From: Steroidobacteraceae bacterium
Lineage (GTDB): Bacteria > Pseudomonadota > Gammaproteobacteria > Steroidobacterales > Steroidobacteraceae
Reading direction: 5' to 3'
DNA: 64,000 nt
NCBI GenBank assembly: GCA_035631755.1
Contig: DASQIC010000053.1
Coordinates: 3,888 to 67,887, forward strand
Shown: positions 35,886 through 45,562 of the stretch, piece by piece
How positions within the stretch are numbered: the first letter of the stretch is position 1
Layout: each line of letters starts with the position of its first letter
The notes under the pieces: model-generated
What the model was told of the DNA's origin: nothing
The model's database searches: none
The model's input: the letters and a program-made list of their open reading frames with translations, nothing else
Program-made: the position numbers and the translations under genes

Positions 35886-38800
35886 TCAGTCCGCAGCCGT
35901 CACCATGGGGTCATCCCACGTGCCGCGCAAGCGCAGCGCCGCGTGATCGCGCCCGCCGCCGGCGAGCAGCTCCCGCAGCGAGAGCCACAGCGCGGCGATC
36001 CGGGTCCCGGGCGCCAGGCCGCGCACCAGCGCCGGCAGGCGTTCTTCGCCTCGCAGTACCCATACCCGCGCATCGTAGGTGTGATCGAGCAGGCCTACCC
36101 GGCCCCGCATCAGGATCTCGGCGTCGCCGTCGAAATGCAGGTCGGAGGTCGTCGCCTCGCCGTTGCGCAGATCGAAGTCCGCACTGAGGCGTCCAAAGCC
36201 GAGCTGCGCCGATCCCATCCCGGCGAGCAGCGCGGGCACTGCCAGGAGTCCGAGCCGCCCACCGCCGCTGCCGCGCGCCGCGGCGGCACTGCGGGCGATG
36301 CCGTCGTCGAGCTCTATGTGCAGCCGCCCGTCGGCCGTTGCAAGCACCCCGGCGCCCTCCGGTGACCACCCGAGCTCACCGCTGAGAACGCCGCGCCGGG
36401 CGGAGAGATCCGCGCGAACGCCGAGGCTGGCGAGCGTCGCCGCGGGATCGAGGCTCTCCAGGCTGAATTTCGCCGAGCAGCGCGCCGCGGTACACGCGAG
36501 CGTGCCCTGCGCCTCGGTGTCGCCGCCGGTGAGCTCTGCGGCACTCAGCTCGAGCGCGCCGCCGCGCGCGGCGAGCCGGGCAGTGAGCGCCCCGAGCGGA
36601 TGGCCCTGCCATTCGAGGTCCGCGATCGAGAGCTGGGCCTGCGGCGCGAGCAGCGCACCGAGCTGCGCCGCCGCGTCACCTTCGGCGAGGCCGGGGACGT
36701 CGAGTCGCGCGAGCTCCACGATCGCAGGCTGCGCGGCATCGGACGCCGCGGGCCAGCGCACCGTGCCGGCGAGACCGGCCGATGCGACGCGCAGCTCGTC
36801 CATACCGGAGACTGCATCCGCCTCGAGGCTCGCCTGCGCAAAGCCGAGTCCGGCGACGCGCAGGTCCGAGGTCGCAAGGCGCGCGTGCAGTGCGGGCCAG
36901 GCCGGATTTACCGCGAGCTCGCGCCACAGCAGCGCATAGCCTCCGAGGTCGAGCCGGCTCACCTTGCCCTCCACGCGCACCTCCGCATCTGGCGGCAGCG
37001 CGGGCTCGGTCGCGGCGAACGAGAGCGCGCCGCGCTCAATCCGCCAGAGCGCCCCGACGCGCCGCAGCGCGAGCAGGCCCTGCAGCCGCTCGCCCAGGCT
37101 CACGCGCAGCTGCCCGGAGTCCCCGCGGCCGGCGAGCTCCAGGTGCAGCGCGAGCGCGCCGGTCGCCGCTTTGCCGAACGGCTCGGGCAGCGCGCTCGCA
37201 ACCCCGATCAGGTTCGAATCGGCGCGCGCGCGCAGGAGCGGCGGCTCCCCGGGGGTCGCCGGCTGGAGGCTGAGCTCCGCGCTCCACTCGGCGCTGCCCT
37301 GCAGGGGGCTCCCCGCGCCGCTCACTCCGGTGGTGGCGAGCAGCGCCTGGCGCACGTTCAGCAGCCCGCGCGCAGAGATCGCGAGCGCGGCGGCGCCGCG
37401 CTCGCCCCGCTCGCCGACACTCAGCGTGAGCGGGCCGCCGAGCCAGGCACCCGCGAGGGTCGAGCGCTGCAGGCGGCCGTCGATGAAGCCCAGCGTGCCG
37501 CGCAGCTCGTCGATCGCCGGCAGACCCGCGACCGCTCGCCAGCGCGCACCGTCCAGCGCGGCGGTGATGCGCGTGGTGAAGCGCGGCACCCGGACGCCAT
37601 CCGCCGCCGCCGCAAGGCGCCGCGCCTCGAAGCCGATGAGCGTCTCGCCGCGCAGGTCGAGACCTTCGAGACCCGGCAGGTACTGCGCGAGCTGCGGGTG
37701 TTCGCGCAGCCAGGCGAGCGCCTCCTGCGCGTTGCCCGCGGCTCGCCCCGAGAGCCGTGTGAGGACTGCCGTGCGTGCGTCCCACTGGGCGCGGGCGGCG
37801 GCGAGCCTGAAACCGCCGACGCTCGCGCCGTCGATGAGCGCTGCGACCCGGTCGCCGCGCCAGGTGATGCGGGCGTCGAGCGCCTGAATGTCCGGACGCG
37901 CGCCCGCGCCCGCGACACTCGCCCCGCGCAGGTCGAGCGCGCCGCTGAAGCGCCGGCGCGTGCCGCTCCAGGGCAGCGGCCGATCGAGGATCCCGCGTGC
38001 CTCGAGCTCGGCATGCTCGATGCGCCCGGCGGTCAGCAGCGCGGCCCAGTCCCCGAGCCCGGCGAGCGCATCGGGCCCGAGGAGCTCGCGCACCAGAGCG
38101 ACGTCCGTGCCGCCGACGCTCAGGCGAGCATCGAGCTCGGGAGCCCCGCCCCCGGCGGCACCGCTCAGCGTGCCACTCGCGCCGAGGCGCGCATCGCCGC
38201 GGCGGATCTCGAGATCGCGCGCCCGCAGGCGCCAGCCGCGCCCGGAGTCCTCGAGCTCCACCTGCCCCCGCAGCTCGAGATTCGCGAGCGCCGCGGCGGC
38301 CGGGCGCGCGAGCCGCGCATCCTGCGCGTGCAGCGCGACGCGCACGCGCCGGCCGTCGCCGCTCCAGTCGGCGGCGAGCCCCTCGAGGCGCAGTGCGCTG
38401 CCGGGCACCGCGAGCGCGAGCGAGTCGAGCTCGGCGGCTGTGCGCCAGCGCTCGGTGAGCGGGCGGCGCGCGTCGAAGTCGAAGCTCGCCGCGCGAACCG
38501 TTCCGCCGAGCTCGAGCGCCGCGAGCGGCAGCTGCGGGATGAGTGTGCCGGCGAGTCCGGCGAGGGCCGCGACCGGCGCGCGCTCGATGCGGCCCCGCAC
38601 CGAGCCCCCATCGCCCGCGGCGTCGAGGGTGAGCATGGCGCTGCCCGGGGACCCGGGGAGCTCGAGCGGATCGACCGCGAGATGCCAGCCGCCGCCCTGG
38701 CGCGTGAGGCGCCATTCGCCGCGCAGCGCGGCGAGCGCGGGCGCCGCGGAACCGGGAGTCGCGGCCGCCCATTGCAGCCGCTCGGCCCGCAACCGGCCGG

Positions 38801-39620
38801 CGACGCTCGCCAGCCGACCGGAAGCAAACTGTGCGCGCAGCATGAGCGTTCCGCTGCCGGCGCGTGGCACGAAGGCTCCGGCCGGCGGCGCAAGCGCCGC
38901 GCGCCAACCCGCGAACTCCAGCCGCTCCCCGTGCAGCTCGAGCGTGCCGCTGAGCGAGGCGGGTCGAGCCGGGTCGCCGCTCATCCACAGCGTCGCGCGC
39001 GCCGCGGCGCCCAGGCTCTCGGGCAACACCACACGCGCTTCCGCGCTCCACTCGGCGGCGGCGCGTCGCAGCGACGCGTGGCGGATGAGGAGAGTGAGCG
39101 GCGGCGTGCCGGCCCGGCCGGCGCCTGCAAGGCGCAGCGTGCCGCCCTCGATGTCGAAACGGCTGCCGCGCCAGCGGGCGAGCAGCTCGAGTCCGTCATG
39201 GGATGCGGGACCCGGCGCGCCGCGCGCCGGCGCGGCGGCGCTCGGCAGGTCGATGTCGGGGTCGACGAGGGTGATGCGGCCGGCTTCGGGCTTGCCGCTG
39301 CGCATCATGCGCCACACGTCGAAGCCGACCACCAGCCCGGGCGCGCGCAGCAGCGCGCCCGGGGCACCCGGCTCGCGCAGCTCAACGCTGCGGAACACCG
39401 CTTCCGGTCCGTACCATCCCCAGCGCAGACCGAGCTCGCTGAAGCGCAGGTCGAGGCCCGTCTGTGCCTGCACCAGCTGCTCGAGCGCCAGCCGGTGCGC
39501 GGGGACGCGCGCCGCGGCGAGCGCATAGGCGAGCACGAGGAGCGCCCCGAGCAGCGCGCCGCCGCCGGCCGCGGTGAGCGTCAGGCGCAGCGCGAGCGCT
39601 CCTGCTGGGGTGCGTTGCAT
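35886..39620 (-). CDS. yhdP: YhdP family (AsmA-like) large envelope protein
   Basis: 1244 aa with an N-terminal TM anchor. It lies between rng and tldD, as E. coli yhdP does. The composition is Ala/Gly/Leu/Arg-rich and beta-rich. Confidence 0.8.
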   Translation of the reverse strand: MQRTPAGALALRLTLTAAGGGALLGALLVLAYALAAARVPAHRLALEQLVQAQTGLDLRFSELGLRWGWYGPEAVFRSVELREPGAPGALLRAPGLVVGFDVWRMMRSGKPEAGRITLVDPDIDLPSAAAPARGAPGPASHDGLELLARWRGSRFDIEGGTLRLAGAGRAGTPPLTLLIRHASLRRAAAEWSAEARVVLPESLGAAARATLWMSGDPARPASLSGTLELHGERLEFAGWRAALAPPAGAFVPRAGSGTLMLRAQFASGRLASVAGRLRAERLQWAAATPGSAAPALAALRGEWRLTRQGGGWHLAVDPLELPGSPGSAMLTLDAAGDGGSVRGRIERAPVAALAGLAGTLIPQLPLAALELGGTVRAASFDFDARRPLTERWRTAAELDSLALAVPGSALRLEGLAADWSGDGRRVRVALHAQDARLARPAAAALANLELRGQVELEDSGRGWRLRARDLEIRRGDARLGASGTLSGAAGGGAPELDARLSVGGTDVALVRELLGPDALAGLGDWAALLTAGRIEHAELEARGILDRPLPWSGTRRRFSGALDLRGASVAGAGARPDIQALDARITWRGDRVAALIDGASVGGFRLAAARAQWDARTAVLTRLSGRAAGNAQEALAWLREHPQLAQYLPGLEGLDLRGETLIGFEARRLAAAADGVRVPRFTTRITAALDGARWRAVAGLPAIDELRGTLGFIDGRLQRSTLAGAWLGGPLTLSVGERGERGAAALAISARGLLNVRQALLATTGVSGAGSPLQGSAEWSAELSLQPATPGEPPLLRARADSNLIGVASALPEPFGKAATGALALHLELAGRGDSGQLRVSLGERLQGLLALRRVGALWRIERGALSFAATEPALPPDAEVRVEGKVSRLDLGGYALLWRELAVNPAWPALHARLATSDLRVAGLGFAQASLEADAVSGMDELRVASAGLAGTVRWPAASDAAQPAIVELARLDVPGLAEGDAAAQLGALLAPQAQLSIADLEWQGHPLGALTARLAARGGALELSAAELTGGDTEAQGTLACTAARCSAKFSLESLDPAATLASLGVRADLSARRGVLSGELGWSPEGAGVLATADGRLHIELDDGIARSAAAARGSGGGRLGLLAVPALLAGMGSAQLGFGRLSADFDLRNGEATTSDLHFDGDAEILMRGRVGLLDHTYDARVWVLRGEERLPALVRGLAPGTRIAALWLSLRELLAGGGRDHAALRLRGTWDDPMVTAAD

Positions 39621-39632
39621 GGCTCTCGGACC

Positions 39633-41114
39633 CTAGACGAGTACGACGTCGTACTGATCGACGCCGTAGAGCGCCTCGACCTGCAGGCGGATCGGCCGGC
39701 TCACCTGCGTCTCGAGCTCCGCCAGCGTGGCGGACTCCTCGTCGAGGAGGCGGTCCACGACGTCCTGATGAGCCAGTATCAGCAGCTCGCGGCTGGCAAA
39801 CTGTCGGCTCTGTCGCACAATTTCCCTAAATATCTCGTTGCACACGGTTTCCGGGGTGCGCACGAAACCACGGCCCTCGCAGCTGGGACAGGCATCGCAC
39901 AGCAGATGTTCCAGGCTCTCGCGGGTTCGCTTGCGGGTCATCTCCACCAGCCCGAGCGGCGAGAGGCTCACGATGTGGGTCTGGGCCCGGTCGCCGGCGA
40001 GCGCGCGCTCGAGCGCCGCGAGCACCGCACGCCGGTGCGGCTCGTCGCGCATGTCGATGAAGTCGATGATGATGATGCCGCCGAGGTTACGCAGGCGCAG
40101 CTGCCGCGCGATGCTCACCGCGGCCTCGAGGTTGGTGCGGAAGATCGTCTCCTCGAGATTGCGATGCCCGACGTAGGCGCCGGTATTCACGTCGATGGTG
40201 GTCATCGCCTCGGTCTGATCGAGCACCAGATGGCCGCCGGATTTCAGCGGCACCTTGCGATCGAGCGCCCGGCCGATCTCCTCCTCGACTCCGTTGAGGT
40301 CGAAGATGGGCCGCGGGCCCGCGTAAAGCTCGATGAGCGCGGCGGCGGCGGGCGCGAACGTGGCGGCGAACTCGATCATGGCGCCGTGCTCGCGCGGGGA
40401 GTCGACCAGCACGCGGCTCACGCCGCGCGACAGCTCGTCGCGCAGCACGCGCAGCGCGAGCGGCAGGTCCTCGTGCACCACGCTGCCGGGCGCGGCCTGG
40501 GCGGCGCGCGTGCGCACGTGGTCCCAGAGCCGCCCGAGATAGTCCATGTCCTCGCGCAGGCTCTCCTCGGCGACTCCCTGGGCGGCGGTGCGCACGATGT
40601 ACCCGCCGGCGGCGTCGGCGCCGATGAGGCCGGCGAGTGCGGCCTTGAGGCGCGCGCGCTCGGTCTCGTCCTCGATGCGCGCGGAGACACCGATCCCCTC
40701 GCCGCGCGGCAGGTAGACCAGGTAGCGCGAGGGCAGCGCGACGAAAGTGGTGAGGCGCGCCCCCTTGGTGCCGATCGGGTCCTTGATGACCTGCACCAGC
40801 AGGTCGTCGCCGGGATTCAGCAGGCGGCGGATGTCCTCGGGCGGCGCCGCGGCGGCCGCCGCGCCGGCGAGCGTATCGTCGGCGGGAGGCCGGGCGATGT
40901 CGGCGGCGTGCAGGAAGGCGGTACGCTCGAGCCCGATCTCGACGAATGCCGCCTGCATGCCGGGCAGCACACGCGACACCCGGCCCTTGTAGAGATTGCT
41001 CACCAGGCCGCGGCGGCTGGTGCGCTCGATCTGGATCTCCTGCACCACGCCGTTCTCGAGGATCGCCGCGCGCGTCTCGCGCGGCGCCACGTTGACCAGG
41101 ATCTCGGTACTCAA
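39633..41114 (-). CDS. rng: Ribonuclease G
   Basis: ORF trimmed to the TTG at 41114, preceded by GGAGG 6 nt upstream. STEILVNVAPRETRAAILENGVVQEIQIER...YKGRVSRVLPGMQAAFVEIG matches the RNase G N-terminus. The 493-aa product overlaps the maf stop (TTGA). Confidence 0.9.
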   Translation of the reverse strand: MSTEILVNVAPRETRAAILENGVVQEIQIERTSRRGLVSNLYKGRVSRVLPGMQAAFVEIGLERTAFLHAADIARPPADDTLAGAAAAAAPPEDIRRLLNPGDDLLVQVIKDPIGTKGARLTTFVALPSRYLVYLPRGEGIGVSARIEDETERARLKAALAGLIGADAAGGYIVRTAAQGVAEESLREDMDYLGRLWDHVRTRAAQAAPGSVVHEDLPLALRVLRDELSRGVSRVLVDSPREHGAMIEFAATFAPAAAALIELYAGPRPIFDLNGVEEEIGRALDRKVPLKSGGHLVLDQTEAMTTIDVNTGAYVGHRNLEETIFRTNLEAAVSIARQLRLRNLGGIIIIDFIDMRDEPHRRAVLAALERALAGDRAQTHIVSLSPLGLVEMTRKRTRESLEHLLCDACPSCEGRGFVRTPETVCNEIFREIVRQSRQFASRELLILAHQDVVDRLLDEESATLAELETQVSRPIRLQVEALYGVDQYDVVLV

Positions 41115-41713
41115 GCGGCGCCTCCGGCGCTCGACAGGAAGCGTACGCCGGCGGCGGTGAGCAGCTCGGCGGTCTCGAACAGCGGCAGGCCCATGACTCC
41201 CGAGTAGCTGCCCGAGAGGTGCCTGACGAATACCGCGCCGCGGCCCTGGATCGCGTAGCCGCCCGCCTTGTCGCGCGGCTCGCCGCTCTCCCAGTAGGCG
41301 GCACATTCCGCGGGCGTCACCGGCCGCAGCGTCACCTCGCTCGCGCTCACGCGAAACTCGATGCCGGCGGCGGTGGCGAGCGCCACCGCGGTGAGCACCC
41401 GGTGGCTGCGCCCCGAGAGCCGCGTCAGCATGGCGATCCCGTCGGCGCGGTCGCGCGGCTTGGCGCAGATCGTCTCATCGAGCACCACGGTGGTGTCGGC
41501 GGCCAGTACGGGAAGCTCCATACCGTGGCTGCGCACGGCGTGCGCCTTGGCGCAGGCAATGCGCACCACGTAGTCGGCGGCCCCCTCCCCCGGCGCGACC
41601 GCCTCATCGATACCGGCGGCGCGCACCACGTGAGGCACACCGATCTGCGCCAACAGCTGGCGGCGGCGCGGCGACACCGAGGCGAGGCACAGCACGGGCG
41701 CGGCCGGATCCAC
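41111..41713 (-). CDS. maf: Maf-like nucleoside triphosphate pyrophosphatase
   Basis: 200 aa with a GTG start. Motifs are LASVSPRRRQLL and KAGGYAIQG. Confidence 0.85.
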   Translation of the reverse strand: MDPAAPVLCLASVSPRRRQLLAQIGVPHVVRAAGIDEAVAPGEGAADYVVRIACAKAHAVRSHGMELPVLAADTTVVLDETICAKPRDRADGIAMLTRLSGRSHRVLTAVALATAAGIEFRVSASEVTLRPVTPAECAAYWESGEPRDKAGGYAIQGRGAVFVRHLSGSYSGVMGLPLFETAELLTAAGVRFLSSAGGAA

Positions 41714-41715
41714 CG

Positions 41716-42186
41716 TTACTCCCGGTGATAGGGGTGACGGGCGAGCAGACTCACGGCGCGATAGAGCTGCTCGGCGAGCACCACGCGCGCGAGCGCATGC
41801 GGCAGCGTGAGCCGCGACAGCGCCAGGCGCAGCCGGCTGCGCGCGAGCACCGCGGCCGCCAGCCCGTCCGGTCCGCCGATGGCGAATGCGAGATCCTCAC
41901 CCTCCTGCATGCGCTGCTCGAGCCAACCGGCAAACTCGCGGGTCGAGAGCTCGGTGCCGCGCTCGTCGAGTGTCACCAGGTAGTCCCCGGCGCGCACCGC
42001 GGCCAGCACCCGCTCGCCCTCGAGCGCGACCGCCCGGGCGGTCGCGGCGCCGCGGCTTCGTGTCCCGGGCGCGATCCCGATCACCGAGACCGGCAGCTGC
42101 GAGCCTAAACGCCTTATGTAATCTTCGCACGCGTCGCGCACCCAGCGGGGCGGCTTCCCGCCCACGGCGATCAGGCGCACGTGCAT
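41716..42186 (-). CDS. rlmH: 23S rRNA (pseudouridine1915-N3)-methyltransferase
   Basis: 156 aa of SPOUT type. The sequence reads MHVRLIAVGGKPPRW...FAIGGPDGL...LPHALARVVLAEQLYRA. Confidence 0.95.
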   Translation of the reverse strand: MHVRLIAVGGKPPRWVRDACEDYIRRLGSQLPVSVIGIAPGTRSRGAATARAVALEGERVLAAVRAGDYLVTLDERGTELSTREFAGWLEQRMQEGEDLAFAIGGPDGLAAAVLARSRLRLALSRLTLPHALARVVLAEQLYRAVSLLARHPYHRE

Positions 42187-42196
42187 GGGTGGGGTG

Positions 42197-42619
42197 TCAG
42201 CTCACGGAACGCCGCCGCCGGGCCGCGGTGCGGGCGAGCGCGGGGGCGGCGAGCGGCTCGGCCGCCCCGCCCTCCCACAGGTGCTCCAGGCCGTAGAATT
42301 CGCGCACCCGCGGCAGCATGACGTGCACGATCAGATCCTGCAGATCGACCAGCACCCACTCCCCGTCGCGCTCGCCTTCGGTGCCGAGCGGCCGGAAGCC
42401 GGCCGCCTTGGCCTTCTCCACCACGCGCTCGGCGATCGAGCGCACGTGCCGGTCGGAGTTCCCGGAGGCGATGACCATGGTGTCGGCGATGTCGGTGAGC
42501 CCGCGTACATCGAGCACCCTGACGTTGACGGCTTTCATGTCTTCGAGCGCGGTCGTCACGACTTGTTGCAGCGGCGAGACGCGCTCCGCGGCGGGGCGCA
42601 GGCGTGTACGGGTGGTCAT
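42197..42619 (-). CDS. rsfS: Ribosome silencing factor
   Basis: ORF trimmed to the ATG at 42619. Motifs are LEDMKAVNVRVLDVRGLTDIADTMVIASGNS and WVLVDLQDLIVHVM. Confidence 0.9.
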   Translation of the reverse strand: MTTRTRLRPAAERVSPLQQVVTTALEDMKAVNVRVLDVRGLTDIADTMVIASGNSDRHVRSIAERVVEKAKAAGFRPLGTEGERDGEWVLVDLQDLIVHVMLPRVREFYGLEHLWEGGAAEPLAAPALARTAARRRRSVS

Positions 42620-42660
42620 GTGATTGAGTGCGTTCTCCTGGCGGTTGGCGGCGAGGCTCT

Positions 42661-43308
42661 CTAAGGACCCTGCTGACCAGCATAGCACCTCGTCTCGATG
42701 ATGATCTGCCGTACCGCGTCGGGAACGAGGTAGCGCGGATCACGGCCGGAAATGATGAGCGCGCGCAGCTCGGTGGAGGAGATCTCGAGCTGGGTCACTG
42801 CGCGTACGTACACGCAGCCGGCCGGACGGCGGTGCAGGTCGGCGATCGCACCGGTCCCGTGATCGACCAGCAGCTCCCCGAGCGGACCCTTGCCCGGGGC
42901 CTTCCAGCCGGGGCGGTGCGCGACCACGATGTGGGCGAGCGGCAGCAGCTCGCGCCAGCGGTGCCAGTCCGGCAGCCCGAGGAAGGCGTCCATGCCGAGC
43001 AGCAGGCACAGCGAGCGCGCCGGGAACTCCCCCCGCAGCTCGGTGAGCGTATCGACCGAGTACGAGATGCCCGAGCGGCGCACCTCGCGGTCGTCGACCA
43101 CGAAGCCCGGCTGCCCGACGACCGCGGCCTCGACCATCTTGAGGCGCAGCTCGGGACTCGCGTAGAGGCGCGCGCGGTGCGGCGGACTGCCGGTCGGAAG
43201 GAAGCGCACTTCCGCGAGCCCGAGCTCCTGCCACAGCTCGAACGCCGTGCGCAGGTGCCCGCAGTGGATCGGGTCGAAGGTGCCGCCGAAGACCCCGATG
43301 GGCTGCAT
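42661..43308 (-). CDS. nadD: Nicotinate-nucleotide adenylyltransferase
   Basis: 215 aa with motifs GVFGGTFDPIHCGH and ISSTELR. Confidence 0.9.
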   Translation of the reverse strand: MQPIGVFGGTFDPIHCGHLRTAFELWQELGLAEVRFLPTGSPPHRARLYASPELRLKMVEAAVVGQPGFVVDDREVRRSGISYSVDTLTELRGEFPARSLCLLLGMDAFLGLPDWHRWRELLPLAHIVVAHRPGWKAPGKGPLGELLVDHGTGAIADLHRRPAGCVYVRAVTQLEISSTELRALIISGRDPRYLVPDAVRQIIIETRCYAGQQGP

Positions 43309-43314
43309 CGCGCT

Positions 43315-44292
43315 TCAGTCGCAGAGCGCGCGGGTGAGGAGCGCGAGCTCGTCCCAGGCGGAGCCCGGAAGGCGTCCCTTGATGATGCGGTCGGTGCGCG
43401 CGGCGCGCGCTGTGAGAGGCGCGAACGGCAGGCGCGGGGCGCGCCGCTGCGCCTGTGCGAGCGCGGCGCCGCGCGGGGACCAGCCGCGCGCCGCGGCCGC
43501 CGCGCCGGTGCCGAGCGTACGCCAGGCGTCATGCAGCGCGCGCGTGAGCGCCCACAGCACCAGCGTCGGCTCGGTTCCCTCGGCGCGCAGCCCCGCGAGC
43601 ACCCGCAGCGCGCGCGCCGGCTCGCCGGCCAGCGCCGCGTCGGCGAGCTGCAGCACGTCGAAGCGGGCGCTGTCGGCGACGCTCGCGAGCACGGTAGCGG
43701 GCGTGACGGGTGCGGAGCCCGCGAGCAGCGCGAGCTTGCCGAGCTCCTGGTGGGCGGCGAGGAGATTCCCTTCGGTGCGCTCGGCGAGGAGCTCGAGCGC
43801 GGCATCGCTCGCTTCGATCCCGAGCCGGCGGGCGCGCTCGCGCAGCCACGCGACGAGGCGCGCGGGATCCACCGGCCACACCGGCACCCAGGCACCCTGC
43901 TGCTCGGCGCTGCGCACCCACTCGGCCCCCTGCATGTCGCGATCGAGCCGCGGGCTGAGGATGAGAAATAAGGTGTCGGAGCCCGGCGCCTCGAGCAGCG
44001 ACACGAGCGCGGCATTGCCCGCGGTGCCGGGCCTCGGCGAGCTCAGGCGGATCTCCAGCACGCGCCGCGCGCCGAAGAGCGACAGGGCGCGGGCGGCGCC
44101 GCGCAGCTCCTCCCAGTCGGGCCCGCGCTCGGGGAAGTACACCTCGCGCTCGCTGAAGCCCGCGGCGCGGGCTCGCTCGCGCACCGCATCGGCCGCTTCC
44201 CCGGTGAGCAACGGCTCGTCCCCGGAAATGAGATAGACGGGCAGCAGCCGCTCGCGCAGTTGCGAGGCGAGCGAGTCGGCGTTGAGCTTCAC
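43315..44292 (-). CDS. holA: DNA polymerase III delta subunit
   Basis: 325 aa with a GTG start. The motif LLPVYLISGDEPLL is present. It lies upstream of nadD. Confidence 0.85.
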   Translation of the reverse strand: MKLNADSLASQLRERLLPVYLISGDEPLLTGEAADAVRERARAAGFSEREVYFPERGPDWEELRGAARALSLFGARRVLEIRLSSPRPGTAGNAALVSLLEAPGSDTLFLILSPRLDRDMQGAEWVRSAEQQGAWVPVWPVDPARLVAWLRERARRLGIEASDAALELLAERTEGNLLAAHQELGKLALLAGSAPVTPATVLASVADSARFDVLQLADAALAGEPARALRVLAGLRAEGTEPTLVLWALTRALHDAWRTLGTGAAAAARGWSPRGAALAQAQRRAPRLPFAPLTARAARTDRIIKGRLPGSAWDELALLTRALCD

Positions 44293-44326
44293 ACCGCTAG
44301 CTTACCCCCTGCGGCTCCGGAACGGG

Positions 44327-44965
44327 TCAGAAGCGCTTGCCGATGCCGACGTAGATGCCGTGCGGCATGACGCTGAGGATGAACGGCGTGCCCGCACGGG
44401 CGTGCATCAGCCAGCCGGCGCCGGTGCCGAGCGCAAAGCCGGCGATGACGTCCGACTGCCAGTGGGCCTGCACCTTCATGCGCGCGATCCCGTCGTAGAT
44501 CGGCAGCAGCTCGAGCGCGTAGGCGAGCGGGTGGTCCGGGCCGTACTCGAGCATGAGCGGTGTCACGATCGAGCTCACCTCGGTGACTTCCCCGCTCGGG
44601 AAGCTCTGGTTGCCGTGGCCCTTGAACCACAGGTTCGGGTCGCCATTGCTGTCGATCGGCCGCACGCGCGAGAACGCGTACTTCAGGCCCAGCGCCACGA
44701 TGCCCGAGGCGGCCGAGGCGTCGATCGACTGCCACAGCGTCCGGCCGAAGCGCGTCTCCCCGCCCTCCCACAGCGCGCCGGCGACTTCACCGCCGATGAG
44801 GCCGTACTCGAGCGCCTGCTGATAGCCGCGCTTCCAGATCCCGCTGTTGTCGTAGGTCCATTCGTGGTCGATGCCGAAGGGACCGGCGCTGCCGGCGAGT
44901 GCGTCCGAGGCGTGCGCGGCGAGCAACACGAGCAGCAGCCCGGAGAGCCGACGTGCGATCCGCAT
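44327..44965 (-). CDS. PAP2-superfamily phosphatase-like protein (variant motif 2)
   Basis: ORF trimmed to the ATG at 44965, with signal peptide MRIARRLSGLLLVLLAAHASDALA. The PAP2 motifs are KYAFSRVRP (KX6RP), FPSGE (where PSGH is expected) and ARMKVQAHWQSD (SRX5HX3D-like). Confidence 0.7.
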   Translation of the reverse strand: MRIARRLSGLLLVLLAAHASDALAGSAGPFGIDHEWTYDNSGIWKRGYQQALEYGLIGGEVAGALWEGGETRFGRTLWQSIDASAASGIVALGLKYAFSRVRPIDSNGDPNLWFKGHGNQSFPSGEVTEVSSIVTPLMLEYGPDHPLAYALELLPIYDGIARMKVQAHWQSDVIAGFALGTGAGWLMHARAGTPFILSVMPHGIYVGIGKRF

Positions 44966-45123
44966 GGCCGAGAGCCTCGCGCGTAGCGCGGCCGGACGCA
45001 AGAGGCGCGTTGTGGGGGGGGCGTCGCCCGCCGGGCGTGACGCGCGGCTCGCGGCGGGCGGCTTGGTTTGCCATCGCATTGCCGTGCGGTTAGGCTTCCG
45101 CCGTCCGTCACCATTGGTGTCGC

Positions 45124-45417
45124 TTGAACCTCGGTGCGCGCACCCATCGACTGATCGCCCTGATCACGGTCTGCATGCTGATCGGCAGCATGGCCGTGTT
45201 CTCGGCGCATGCGATCGGCGACCCGGACCACGGTCGCGCCCAGTGCGACCTGTGCGAGCACTTCACCGGCACCGCGGGCTCGCCCGCGCATGCCACCGTC
45301 GCCGGCAAGCCGGTGCTGGTGGTGCGCGTGGCGCCGCCGCCGCGCGCCGTCGTCCTCACCGCGCGCCCCGCCCTGGGGCTGCCCCTGCCCCGCGGACCTC
45401 CCGCTGCTGAAGCCTGA
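45124..45417 (+). CDS. Small secreted protein with CxxC-H motif (possibly DUF2946-like)
   Basis: The TTG start gives the signal peptide MNLGARTHRLIALITVCMLIGSMAVFSAHA, followed by DPDHGRAQCDLCEHF. It lies directly upstream of a TonB-dependent receptor. The family assignment is from memory and uncertain. Confidence 0.45.
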   Translation: MNLGARTHRLIALITVCMLIGSMAVFSAHAIGDPDHGRAQCDLCEHFTGTAGSPAHATVAGKPVLVVRVAPPPRAVVLTARPALGLPLPRGPPAAEA

Positions 45418-45562
45418 GAGCTGAGGCCGGGCGCGCGGCGCTGTTCGTTCAGCTCCGCGCGGTCCCGCTCGCCTTACATCCCCGACAGTCGCCCCGGTAC
45501 GCCGCCCGAGCGGTCCCGCGTGCGCACTGCCGGCTTTGGAGAAAGCTTCGAGGAGTCCGCCG

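Noticed and set aside
36600-41207. 1535-aa ORF on the plus strand, the longest in the track
   Set aside because: It lies antisense to yhdP, rng and maf, which have clear family motifs. Its translation is Arg/Ala/Gly/Pro-rich low-complexity sequence, typical of off-frame reading of very GC-rich coding DNA, with no recognisable domain.
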